From Thermodesulfovibrio sp. (GTDB lineage: Bacteria > Nitrospirota > Thermodesulfovibrionia > Thermodesulfovibrionales > Thermodesulfovibrionaceae), in assembly GCA_025057595.1 (NCBI GenBank), contig JANXBK010000006.1, positions 5,137 through 69,136 of the forward strand: DNA of 64,000 nt. Reading direction: 5' to 3'. Below are positions 50,276-59,272 of this stretch, piece after piece. The notes beneath the pieces were generated by a model that saw only the letters and a program-made list of their open reading frames with translations, was not told the DNA's origin and made no database searches. Each line of letters begins with the position of its first letter. Within the stretch, counting starts at the first letter, position 1. The position numbers and the translations under genes were made by a program.

Positions 50276-51759
50276 TTAGTTTGCTCTGGTCTTAAAAGAG
50301 GGAAAAGTATAACATCTCTAATTGATTGATTATCAGTAAGAATCATTACTAATCTATCAACTCCTATTCCCTCTCCAGCTGCTGGAGGCATACCTATCTC
50401 AAGAGCTCTTATAAAATCCTCATCCATCTCATTGGCTTCCTCATCTCCCTTCATTCTTTCTTCAAGCTGTTTAAGGAATCTTTCTTTTTGATCTATAGGA
50501 TCATTAAGCTCTGAGAAGGCATTTGCAATCTCCCTTCCTGCTATAAAAAGCTCAAATCTTTCAACAAGTTCAGGATTCTCTCTCTTTCTTTTTGCCAATG
50601 GAGAAAGTTCAACAGGGTAATCAATAACAAAGGTGGGTTGAATCAATTTAGGCTCAACTTTCTCTTTGAATATCTCATCAAGAATCCTACTTAAAGAGCT
50701 ATCTTTGGATATTTCAATACCCATATCTTTTGCAAATTTATATGCTTCATCCCAATCTTTTATAGCTTCTTCAGGAACTCCATTTTGTATTAAAGCATCA
50801 TACATCGTAATTCTTTTGTAAGGAGGTGTAAAATCTATAAGAGTATCTCCAAATTTTACTTTAAATTGACCATACAATTTCTCTACAATATAGCTTAAAA
50901 GTCTTTCTGTAAAACTCATGAGCCAGTGATAATCCTTGTAAGCCACATAAAACTCAATCATTGTGAATTCTGGATTATGTTTTGTGGAGATTCCCTCGTT
51001 TCTGAAGTTTTTACCAATCTCAAATACTCTTTCAAATCCTCCAACAAGAAGCCTTTTAAGATAAAGCTCTGGAGCAATCCTAAGGTAAAGCTCCATATCC
51101 AATGCTTCGTGATAAGTCTTAAAAGGCTTTGCACGGGCTCCACCAGCAATTAGATGCATCATTGGAGTTTCAACTTCTATGAAGCCTTCGTTTTCAAGAA
51201 ACTCTCTCATATATTTAATTATTTTTTGTCTTTTTATGAACGTTTCCTTTACAGAAGGATTAACTATTAAGTCAACATATCTTTGACGATATCTTGCCTC
51301 AATATCTTTAAGTCCATGCCATTTTTCTGGAAGAGGCCTAAGGGATTTACTTAAAAATACAAAATCTTGCACTTCTACTGTCAGTTCATCTGTTTTTGTT
51401 CTAAATAGTCTTCCACTTACTCCGACTATGTCACCTATGTCAAGATTTTTAAGAAGAGAAAATTTATCCTGAAGTATATCCTTTCTAAAATAAATCTGAA
51501 TTTTTCCCGTAAAATCTTGAAGATGAGCAAAGCAAGTTTTTCCAAAATCCCGAAAAAGAATAACTCTTCCCGCTATACAGACTGAGATATTTTCAGATTC
51601 AAAATAATCCCTATTAAAACCTCCATACCTCTGAAAAATCTCTTCTGTAGAGGTTGATGGCTCAAACACTCCATTGTAGGGTTCTATTCCGAGATTTTTT
51701 AAATTCTCAAGTTTTTTTATTCTCTGTTGAATTAACTCAGATAGAGGTTTTTCTTGCAT
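50272..51759 (-). CDS. lysS: Lysine-tRNA ligase (class II)
   Basis: LPEKWHGL, LRIAPELYLK, HNPEFT, GMPPAAGEGIG. Confidence 0.98.
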   Translation of the reverse strand: MQEKPLSELIQQRIKKLENLKNLGIEPYNGVFEPSTSTEEIFQRYGGFNRDYFESENISVCIAGRVILFRDFGKTCFAHLQDFTGKIQIYFRKDILQDKFSLLKNLDIGDIVGVSGRLFRTKTDELTVEVQDFVFLSKSLRPLPEKWHGLKDIEARYRQRYVDLIVNPSVKETFIKRQKIIKYMREFLENEGFIEVETPMMHLIAGGARAKPFKTYHEALDMELYLRIAPELYLKRLLVGGFERVFEIGKNFRNEGISTKHNPEFTMIEFYVAYKDYHWLMSFTERLLSYIVEKLYGQFKVKFGDTLIDFTPPYKRITMYDALIQNGVPEEAIKDWDEAYKFAKDMGIEISKDSSLSRILDEIFKEKVEPKLIQPTFVIDYPVELSPLAKRKRENPELVERFELFIAGREIANAFSELNDPIDQKERFLKQLEERMKGDEEANEMDEDFIRALEIGMPPAAGEGIGVDRLVMILTDNQSIRDVILFPLLRPEQTK

Positions 51760-51767
51760 AACCTTAA

Positions 51768-51797
51768 ATTATATATTTTCTTAATTTTTTTAGTCAA
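51768..51797 (-). promoter_or_regulatory. Promoter for (near-)leaderless lysS
   Basis: TTGACT-18 bp-TATAAT, 8 nt before the ATG. Confidence 0.6.
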
Positions 51798-51798
51798 T

Positions 51799-53109
51799 TT
51801 AAAGTCGCCAATAGATTATACCTAAGGCTGAAGCTTCTCTTTTGTCAAAAATTCCTTTAATATCAACTAAAATCGGAGGTTTTGTAGAAAGCCTATCTAT
51901 GTAGAGAAGATTTATTTTTTCAATAAACTCTCTATGTTTTACTGCAACTAAAACAGCCTCGTAGGGCTTAAACTTTTCAGGTTTAGGGATTAATTTTAAA
52001 TTATACTCACTTTCAGTATCTTCTCTATCTGCTATAGGATCATAAACATATACTTTGAGACCAAACTCTCTTAATTCATTGTAAAGGTCAAAAACTTTTG
52101 TGTTTCTAACATCAGAGACATTTTCTTTAAAACTAAATCCTAAGATTAAAATTTTCCCATTTTTTACTTTCTTGTCGTTTTTTATCATAAGCTTAACAGT
52201 CTCTTCAGCTACAAATCTGGGAATATACTCATTTATTCCTCTACCAGCAAGAATCAACTGAGGAGTATATCCCGCCTCTTTTGCTTTATAAGTTAGATAA
52301 TATGGATCAACTCCAATACAATGTCCTCCAACAAGCCCAGGTTCAAATCTCAAAAAATTCCATTTAGTTGCTGCTGTATCAAACACTTCCTTAGTGTCTA
52401 AGCCAAGCCTATGAAAAATTATAGCCAGTTCGTTCATAAGAGCTATGTTTAGATCTCTCTGAATATTCTCTATGACCTTTGCTGCCTCAGCTGTTTTTAT
52501 ACTTGATGCTTTATATACTCCTGCTTTAATAACAGAACCATAAATTTTACAAAGTAATTCAGCAACTTCCTCACAGTCTGCTGAAACGACTTTAATAACA
52601 TTTTCAATACTATGCTCTTTATCTCCAGGATTTACCCTTTCAGGAGAATAACCTACATTAAAATCTTTCATCCATCTAAGACCACTTTCTGACTCAAGTA
52701 TAGGTATACAAACTTCTTCAGTTAAGCCAGGCCATACAGTAGACTCATACACAACAATACTACCTTTTGATAGATTTCTTCCCACAAGTTTAGATGCTGA
52801 TTTTACAAAATTTAAATCGGGATTTTTCAATTTATCAACTGGTGTTGGCACAGCAACAATTATAAGAGAGCAATCTTTTATGATCTCTTCATCGCTACTG
52901 AACTCAATGGATGATCTTTCTATAGTTTCTGCTAAAATCTCTCCTGTTTTATCAAATCCTCTTTTAAGTTCTTCAATCCTTTTTGAATTTATGTCAAAAC
53001 CTATAACTTTAAATTTTTTAGAAAGAATTAATGCTAATGGAAGCCCAACATAACCAAGGCCTACAACGCAAATAGTTCTTTTTTGAGTTAAGAAATCCTC
53101 AAATAAAAT
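51799..53109 (-). CDS. UDP-N-acetylhexosamine/UDP-sugar C6 dehydrogenase (TviB/WbpO-like); probable ATT start
   Basis: The ORF extends in frame 86 codons upstream of the track call and includes the Rossmann VVGLGYVGLP. Also YSPERVNPG and GGHCIGVDP. Confidence 0.85.
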   Translation of the reverse strand: MLFEDFLTQKRTICVVGLGYVGLPLALILSKKFKVIGFDINSKRIEELKRGFDKTGEILAETIERSSIEFSSDEEIIKDCSLIIVAVPTPVDKLKNPDLNFVKSASKLVGRNLSKGSIVVYESTVWPGLTEEVCIPILESESGLRWMKDFNVGYSPERVNPGDKEHSIENVIKVVSADCEEVAELLCKIYGSVIKAGVYKASSIKTAEAAKVIENIQRDLNIALMNELAIIFHRLGLDTKEVFDTAATKWNFLRFEPGLVGGHCIGVDPYYLTYKAKEAGYTPQLILAGRGINEYIPRFVAEETVKLMIKNDKKVKNGKILILGFSFKENVSDVRNTKVFDLYNELREFGLKVYVYDPIADREDTESEYNLKLIPKPEKFKPYEAVLVAVKHREFIEKINLLYIDRLSTKPPILVDIKGIFDKREASALGIIYWRL

Positions 53110-53136
53110 ATTTAGCTACACCTCCTTTAATAAAAA

Positions 53137-53211
53137 TCGGGGCGAGCCGATTTGAACGGCCGACCACTCGCACCCCAAGCGAGTGCGCTAACCAGGCTGC
53201 GCTACGCCCCG
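53137..53211 (-). tRNA. tRNA-Pro (anticodon GGG), CCA not encoded
   Basis: Minus strand CGGGGCGTAGCGCAGCCTGGTTAGCGCACTCGCTTGGGGTGCGAG...GTTCAAATC...CGCCCCGA. Confidence 0.96.
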
Positions 53212-53213
53212 AT

Positions 53214-53552
53214 TCAAGAAAGTATTTTCAATATCTCTGTTAAACGCTTTTTAACCCTTTGTATTACTTCTTCTGCTGAATCTATCTCTTTTTTATAAAT
53301 TTTGTTAAAATTCTTTCTTACTCCCTCTATTGTATAACCCTCATCATAAAGCATTCTTTTTATAGAAAGTAACATATCAATCTCTTTTTTAGTATACAAT
53401 CTTTGACCAGTTTTTGTCTTTTTCGGTTTTAAAAAAGGAAACTCTTTCTCCCAAAATCTTAAAACATATGGTTCAACTCCTACGATTTTACTTGCTTCTC
53501 CAATCTTATAAAAAATTCTAAAAGGAAACTCTCCTTGAAGAGTCTGTTTCAT
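53214..53552 (-). CDS. MerR-family HTH regulator (ihfA-associated)
   Basis: YKIGE...YVLRFWEKEF...GQRLY...GYTIEG. Confidence 0.9.
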   Translation of the reverse strand: MKQTLQGEFPFRIFYKIGEASKIVGVEPYVLRFWEKEFPFLKPKKTKTGQRLYTKKEIDMLLSIKRMLYDEGYTIEGVRKNFNKIYKKEIDSAEEVIQRVKKRLTEILKILS

Positions 53553-53557
53553 TTTAG

Positions 53558-53833
53558 CTATTTTTGAATCATACTTTTTAGTTGTTCACTTGCTTTAAAA
53601 GTAACGACTTTTCTCGGTTTAATCTCAACAGTTTGCATTGTTTTGGGATTTCTTCCAATACGAGGGCCCTTCTGTTTTACAGTAAATACACCAAATCCTG
53701 AAATCTTAATCTGCTCTTTTTCAATTAATGCTTCCTTCATTGTTTCAAAAACTATCTCTACAATCTTTTGTATTTCAGTCTTTGGTAAACCAACCTTATC
53801 AAAAATTACATTCACAAGATCTGTCTTTGTCAT
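53558..53833 (-). CDS. ihfA: Integration host factor alpha / HU-family protein
   Basis: MTKTDL, ISGFGVF, GRNPKT; ihfA-merR-tRNA-Pro synteny. Confidence 0.88.
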   Translation of the reverse strand: MTKTDLVNVIFDKVGLPKTEIQKIVEIVFETMKEALIEKEQIKISGFGVFTVKQKGPRIGRNPKTMQTVEIKPRKVVTFKASEQLKSMIQK

Positions 53834-53917
53834 CTTTCCTCCTTAATTTCATCCGAATTTTTTGAATTTTATCCCATTAACTTAGAACTATGTCAAGTTT
53901 TGTGTTATTATTTACTC

Positions 53918-55246
53918 ATGAAAATTCATTTCTTCGGTGCTACAAAAACTGTTACAGGTTCTTGTTTTTTACTTGAAACAGAAGACAAAAATATTCTTAT
54001 TGATTGTGGAATTTTTCAAGAAAACTCTCTTGAATATCTAAACTACGAACCCTTCCCCTTTAATCCAAAAAAATTAGATTTATTAATTATTACTCATGCT
54101 CATCTTGATCACTCTGCTTTGGTTCCAAAACTTATAAAAGAAGGTGCAAAATGTAGGATAATAGCAACTCCAGCAACAAAGGATCTTGTTGAAATAATGC
54201 TTTTCGATGCAATAAAAGTTCAAAAGTACGAAAACTACAAGGAAAGTTTATATGAGGAAGAAGATATTTATAAAACAGTGAAAAGAATTGAAACATTACA
54301 GTACGGAAAACCTCTCCTATTTAACGGAGTTTTAATAAAACTTAGAGACGCTGGACACATACTCGGCTCAGCTTTTGTAGAGATTGAAGCAGAAGGCAAA
54401 AAAATTGTTTTCTCTGGTGATATTGGAAGAAAGGGAAATCCTATTATAAGAGATCCAGAAAAAATATATGATGCTCACTATTTAGTAGTTGAATCCACCT
54501 ATGGAAATAGAAATCATAAAACTCTACAGGAAAGTGTTAATGAGCTTATAGAGGCAATTAAAGATACCTTCAGAAGAGGTGGTAATGTCCTAATTCCAGC
54601 TTTTGCAATTGGAAGAGTTCAAGATATTCTCTATATTTTAAATCGTTCAGTTAAACAAGGAAAACTAAATCCTATAAATGTCTATCTTGATAGTCCTCTT
54701 GCAGAAGAAGCAACAAAAATTTATCTTTCTCATCCAGAAGTCTTTGACGACGAAGCCTTAAAAGAACTCAGAAATAAATCAAAATCTTCAATAAGGCTAT
54801 ATTTTTCTAAAACTGTTGAAGAATCGAAAAGATTAAACACTATTAAATCTAATGCAGTAATAATCGCAGGAAGTGGAATGTGTCAGGGCGGAAGAATCCT
54901 TTATCATCTTATCCATAATCTTTACAGAGAAGAATGTAGTATTATATTTGTTGGATTTCAAGCAAGAGGAACATTAGGAAGAAAAATTGTAGATGGTGAA
55001 AAAGAATTAAGAATATTTGACAGAGTTATTCCTGTTAAAGCTAAGGTTTATACAATTGGTGGCTTTTCAGCCCATGCTGATCAGGCAGAACTACTGGAGT
55101 GGCTAAACTCTTTAAGGACAGAACCAGAGATCTTTTTAGTTCATGGTGAAACAGAAGTAATCGAGGCTTTCAAAAACTCTATTGAAAAAAATTTTGGCTT
55201 CAGGTGTAATATTCCAGAAAGGCTTTCTATATATGAACTTAACTAA
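53918..55246 (+). CDS. MBL-fold beta-CASP RNA-metabolising nuclease (YSH1-like)
   Basis: VTGSC, THAHLDH, GHILG, ESTYG, FSAHAD, VHGE; start refined to ATG 53918. Confidence 0.9.
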   Translation: MKIHFFGATKTVTGSCFLLETEDKNILIDCGIFQENSLEYLNYEPFPFNPKKLDLLIITHAHLDHSALVPKLIKEGAKCRIIATPATKDLVEIMLFDAIKVQKYENYKESLYEEEDIYKTVKRIETLQYGKPLLFNGVLIKLRDAGHILGSAFVEIEAEGKKIVFSGDIGRKGNPIIRDPEKIYDAHYLVVESTYGNRNHKTLQESVNELIEAIKDTFRRGGNVLIPAFAIGRVQDILYILNRSVKQGKLNPINVYLDSPLAEEATKIYLSHPEVFDDEALKELRNKSKSSIRLYFSKTVEESKRLNTIKSNAVIIAGSGMCQGGRILYHLIHNLYREECSIIFVGFQARGTLGRKIVDGEKELRIFDRVIPVKAKVYTIGGFSAHADQAELLEWLNSLRTEPEIFLVHGETEVIEAFKNSIEKNFGFRCNIPERLSIYELN

Positions 55247-56408
55247 ATATTACTTAGAAGAAAATTTCTTCATAAAACTTATTGATTTTCCAGCTATTTA
55301 CAATATAAAAACTGATGAGCTTTATAGTATAAATAAGAAAGCCTTGGAAATTCTAAAGGAAGCTCAACAATCTGGTTTCGCTCCATCAGAGGAAATTGAT
55401 AGTGAGTTGAGGGAATTTTTAAACTTCTGCCTAAATGAAGGAATTTTTAAAGTAACTCCTACAAAAAGAAGAAACCCCTTGCTTAAACAGTCTCCTATTC
55501 CCTCTTTAAGATATCTTGAACTACAGATTACAAAAAGATGTAACTTAAAGTGTAAACACTGTTTTGTAGGACAAAGTAAACCAATTGACCTGCCATTTGA
55601 GAAAATAAAAAGAGTTTTAACTGATTTTGAAGAGCTTCAAGGTTTAAGGGTTTTGATAACAGGTGGTGAACCACTTCTTCATCCAGAGTTTGACAAAATA
55701 AATGATTTCATAAAAGACATTGCTTTAAGAAAAATTCTTTTTACAAATGGAACTTTGATTGATGAAAGACTTTTAAGCAAACTAAATGTACATGAACTAC
55801 AGATAAGCCTTGATGGAATGAAACAAGGACATGAGGCATTAAGAGGCTCTGGAACATTTGAAAAAACTCTCTCTGCAATAAAGAAAGCTAAAGATTTTAA
55901 CTTTGATGTATCAGTTGCAACTGTAATTCATAAAGAAAATCTCAATGAGTTTGAAGAGCTTGAGGCTCTAATAAAAGATTTAAATGTGAGAGAATGGATA
56001 GTTGATGCATTATCAATTAAAGGTAATTTAGATCAAAACAAGATGCTGTGGGTATTACCTGAAATAGCCGGGAAAATTATGTCAAAATATGGTTTTACCC
56101 TAAATGAGCATCCAAAAGTAGAGAAATACGGTTGTGGCGCTCATCTACTCTGTATTCTTGCAAATGGTGAGGCTACCTTCTGCTCTCTTTATGATAATGA
56201 ATCTTTAGGAAGCGTTGATGAAGGATTAGAGAGTCTGTGGAGAAGAAAAAACCAGTTTTTAATTGAAACGCTTGAATGCTACAGAATTAACTGTCCTTTC
56301 CTAAAAGAATGTAGAGGTGGTTGTAGATTCAGAGCCACTACACTTTCAAATCAATTAGATGCTCCAGATCTGTTTAAATGTTATCAATTTGGAAGGCTTC
56401 TTTCTTAG
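55233..56408 (+). CDS. Radical SAM/SPASM protein with N-terminal PqqD/RRE-like domain
   Basis: CNLKCKHC, TGGEP, Cys-rich C-terminus (CGA...C...C...CPFLKECRGGC...C), ~85-aa N-terminal extension. Confidence 0.82.
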   Translation: MNLTKYYLEENFFIKLIDFPAIYNIKTDELYSINKKALEILKEAQQSGFAPSEEIDSELREFLNFCLNEGIFKVTPTKRRNPLLKQSPIPSLRYLELQITKRCNLKCKHCFVGQSKPIDLPFEKIKRVLTDFEELQGLRVLITGGEPLLHPEFDKINDFIKDIALRKILFTNGTLIDERLLSKLNVHELQISLDGMKQGHEALRGSGTFEKTLSAIKKAKDFNFDVSVATVIHKENLNEFEELEALIKDLNVREWIVDALSIKGNLDQNKMLWVLPEIAGKIMSKYGFTLNEHPKVEKYGCGAHLLCILANGEATFCSLYDNESLGSVDEGLESLWRRKNQFLIETLECYRINCPFLKECRGGCRFRATTLSNQLDAPDLFKCYQFGRLLS

Positions 56409-58014
56409 CCTTCTCATACTCTGACCAGAGATACTCCTTGGTTAATCCACTATGTTCAATAAAATCCCATGGTAAAAAATCCTTGTAGTCTTTTACTTTA
56501 TAAACAAAACCTTTTATTTCTTCAAATATCTTTAAAAAACTCTCTCCCTCCGAAACTCTCTCAATTACCGAAAGTGCTCTTCTGTCTGCTTGAGCAAAAT
56601 AGCCCTGTAAATAGGAGTATTTTATAACTTCATGATTAATTCTCAATCCTTTAATAGTAGTTGTGTCTCTCTTAATTTTTTTAAGTCTATCCTTTACTAC
56701 CTCTATATCCTCCATTCTATGCCATTGCATCGGAGTAAATGGCTTTGGCACAAATACACTTATACTTACTGAGATTGCTCTTGGAAATAACTCTCTTATT
56801 TTTTTTATAAGTCTCACAATTTCGTCTATGTCTTCATCTTTCTCAAAGGGAAGTCCTATCATAAAGTAAAGTTTTAATGTTTGCACAGCAGTCTCTGAAA
56901 GTTCCTTAACTATTGTTAAAATTTCTTCTTCAGTTATTCCTTTTTTTATTGCTCTTCTTAACCTTTCTGAACCTGTCTCAGGTGCTAAGGTTACTGTTTT
57001 TTGATTTTTAAGATTTTTTAAAATATCTAATGTTTTTTTATCTGCCCTTAAAGAAGTAAAGGAAATCTCTATTTCTTCTTCTGCGATAAGTTTTAATAAA
57101 TCCTGATAAGCTGTAATTGTAGGTGCTACTAATCCTACAGAGGCCTTTAAAGCTTTAGCTGTTTTTATTTTATCTTTTATTCCCTCAAACTTTGCTTTTC
57201 TTACAGGAGTATATACATGTCCAACAAGACAAAATCTACATCTAAATGGACAGCCCCGCATAGTCTCTATCAAATACATATTAGGAAATGCTGCCAGTGG
57301 AGAGATAATGCTAGAGTATGAGAAGTTTTCATAAAAATTTTTTGAGTAAACTTTTTTAATTCTTTCAGGTGCCTCATCTAAGAGAGTTTTTCTGCCAATA
57401 AGAACTCCATTTTCATATATTTCCTCATATGCTTCGGGAATATAAAAACCATCAATCTTTACAAGTTCTTTCTTTAACTCTCTCTTAAAATCTTTTTTAT
57501 CACTGTTTGTTCTAACAGTAAGAAATTTTTCAATAAAATTATCAACAATCTCTTCAGCTTCACCAACAACTACAATATCAAATATCTTACTTACTGGTTC
57601 AGGATTTGAAAAACATAGAATACCTCCTGCAACTAAAAGTGGATGATGGGGTTGTCTTTGTGAGGTTAAATAAGGAATTTTACTGTACTTTAAAATTTTT
57701 AAGATATTCGGATAGTCATTCTCAAAACAAAGACTAAATGCTAAAATGTCAAACTCCTGAAGGGGTGTCTTAGACTCAACAGAGAAAATAGTGGTATTCT
57801 CAGAGATTTCATCGGGAAGAAAGGCTCTCTCACAAATTGTATCTTTTCTTTGATTTAAGAGTCTGTATACTGTTTGAAAACCAAGATTAGTTATTCCAAC
57901 TGAGTATACATTTGGATAGACAAGACATACTCTTATTTTCCCTCCAGGTTTTTTAAAAAATGTACCTGTCTCTTTACTTAAAAAGTAATCAGCTTTCTTA
58001 AATATTTTTTTCAT
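56374..58014 (-). CDS. Radical SAM protein with B12-binding-like N-terminal domain (TIGR03960/YgiQ-like)
   Basis: LVYPNVY, ERAF, RGCPFRCRFC, LAPETGSERLR, KLYFMIGLP. Confidence 0.82.
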   Translation of the reverse strand: MKKIFKKADYFLSKETGTFFKKPGGKIRVCLVYPNVYSVGITNLGFQTVYRLLNQRKDTICERAFLPDEISENTTIFSVESKTPLQEFDILAFSLCFENDYPNILKILKYSKIPYLTSQRQPHHPLLVAGGILCFSNPEPVSKIFDIVVVGEAEEIVDNFIEKFLTVRTNSDKKDFKRELKKELVKIDGFYIPEAYEEIYENGVLIGRKTLLDEAPERIKKVYSKNFYENFSYSSIISPLAAFPNMYLIETMRGCPFRCRFCLVGHVYTPVRKAKFEGIKDKIKTAKALKASVGLVAPTITAYQDLLKLIAEEEIEISFTSLRADKKTLDILKNLKNQKTVTLAPETGSERLRRAIKKGITEEEILTIVKELSETAVQTLKLYFMIGLPFEKDEDIDEIVRLIKKIRELFPRAISVSISVFVPKPFTPMQWHRMEDIEVVKDRLKKIKRDTTTIKGLRINHEVIKYSYLQGYFAQADRRALSVIERVSEGESFLKIFEEIKGFVYKVKDYKDFLPWDFIEHSGLTKEYLWSEYEKAKKEAFQIDNI

Positions 58015-59263
58015 CTAAGAGAGAGTGTCTTTTTCTTAGATAGGTAGGAATATCTATCTCTTCTTCTATATCTGATGGGATCTCCTTAAAAGGTTCTTTA
58101 ATAGTGATAAATTTTTCTTGTTCAGGTATGTTTTCCTTCAAATCTTCTTCAGATGATTTTATCTCTTTTTCCTTTTTGTTTTCAGCTTTCGTAAGATTTA
58201 AGGAAGACAAATCATGAAATCTTTTTGAAATTATTCTGTCTGATTCTCTTAACATAACTCCCTTGTAAACCCATTTTTCTGTCTCTTTTATAGTAATTTC
58301 CTCTGGTTTTTCCTCAAAACCTGTTGCAATAACAGTCACATGAATCTGTCCTTCCATATCAGGCTTTATTACAGTTCCAAATATTATATTTGCCTCTTCG
58401 TGGGCTACTTCATAGACAGAGGAGGCGATTTCCTGAACTTCATCGAGAGTAAGATCAAATCCACCTGTAATATTTATAAGTATTCTTCTTGCACCATCAA
58501 TTGATGTTTCCTCAAGAAGTGGATTATTAATTGCTCTTTTAGCTGCCAACTGTGCACCTTCTTGTTTTGTAGAGGTTCCGATCCCTATGACTGCTTTACC
58601 TGAATTTTCAATGATTGTTTTAACATCAGCAAAATCTCTATTTATAAATCCTGGATTTAAAATTAAATCAGATATTCCCTGAATTGCCTGTCTTAAGATA
58701 TCATTCGCTATAGCAAATGACTTCAAGAGAGGAGTGCCTTTTTCAACAACCATATGGATTCTGTCATTAGGAATAACTATTATAGTATCTACATATTTTT
58801 TTAATTCTTTAATGCCAATTACGGCATTCTGAAGTCTTTTTTTACCCTCAAAATAAAAAGGCTTTGTTACAACTGCCACTGTTAAAATTCCAAGCTCCTT
58901 TGCTAAAGAAGCAATTACAGGAGACGCTCCTGTGCCTGTTCCTCCACCCATACCAGCAGTAATAAATATTAAATCTGCTCCTTCAATACAGGACGTTAAA
59001 ACCTCTTTATCTTCTAAGGCTGCCTTTTTGCCAAGCTCTGGATCTGAGCCTGCACCAAGTCCACGAGTAAGCTGTTTGCCAATTTGAACTTTAATAGGTG
59101 CTAAAGATATTTCAAGATGTTGTAAATCTGTATTAACTGCAATAAATTCAACTCCATATATTCCTGATGATATCATTGTATTAACCGCGTTAGTTCCTGC
59201 TCCACCAACTCCTATAACTTTAATTTTTGCTATAGGTCTTTCTGCCTCTTCAATCTCAAACAT
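57998..59263 (-). CDS. ftsZ: Cell division protein FtsZ
   Basis: GGGTGTG; C-terminal DIPTYLR peptide. Confidence 0.98.
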   Translation of the reverse strand: MFEIEEAERPIAKIKVIGVGGAGTNAVNTMISSGIYGVEFIAVNTDLQHLEISLAPIKVQIGKQLTRGLGAGSDPELGKKAALEDKEVLTSCIEGADLIFITAGMGGGTGTGASPVIASLAKELGILTVAVVTKPFYFEGKKRLQNAVIGIKELKKYVDTIIVIPNDRIHMVVEKGTPLLKSFAIANDILRQAIQGISDLILNPGFINRDFADVKTIIENSGKAVIGIGTSTKQEGAQLAAKRAINNPLLEETSIDGARRILINITGGFDLTLDEVQEIASSVYEVAHEEANIIFGTVIKPDMEGQIHVTVIATGFEEKPEEITIKETEKWVYKGVMLRESDRIISKRFHDLSSLNLTKAENKKEKEIKSSEEDLKENIPEQEKFITIKEPFKEIPSDIEEEIDIPTYLRKRHSLLDEKNI

Positions 59264-59272
59264 GCTAACCTC

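Noticed and set aside
53137-53833. ihfA-merR-tRNA-Pro arrangement
   Set aside because: Widely conserved arrangement; no evidence of an inserted element
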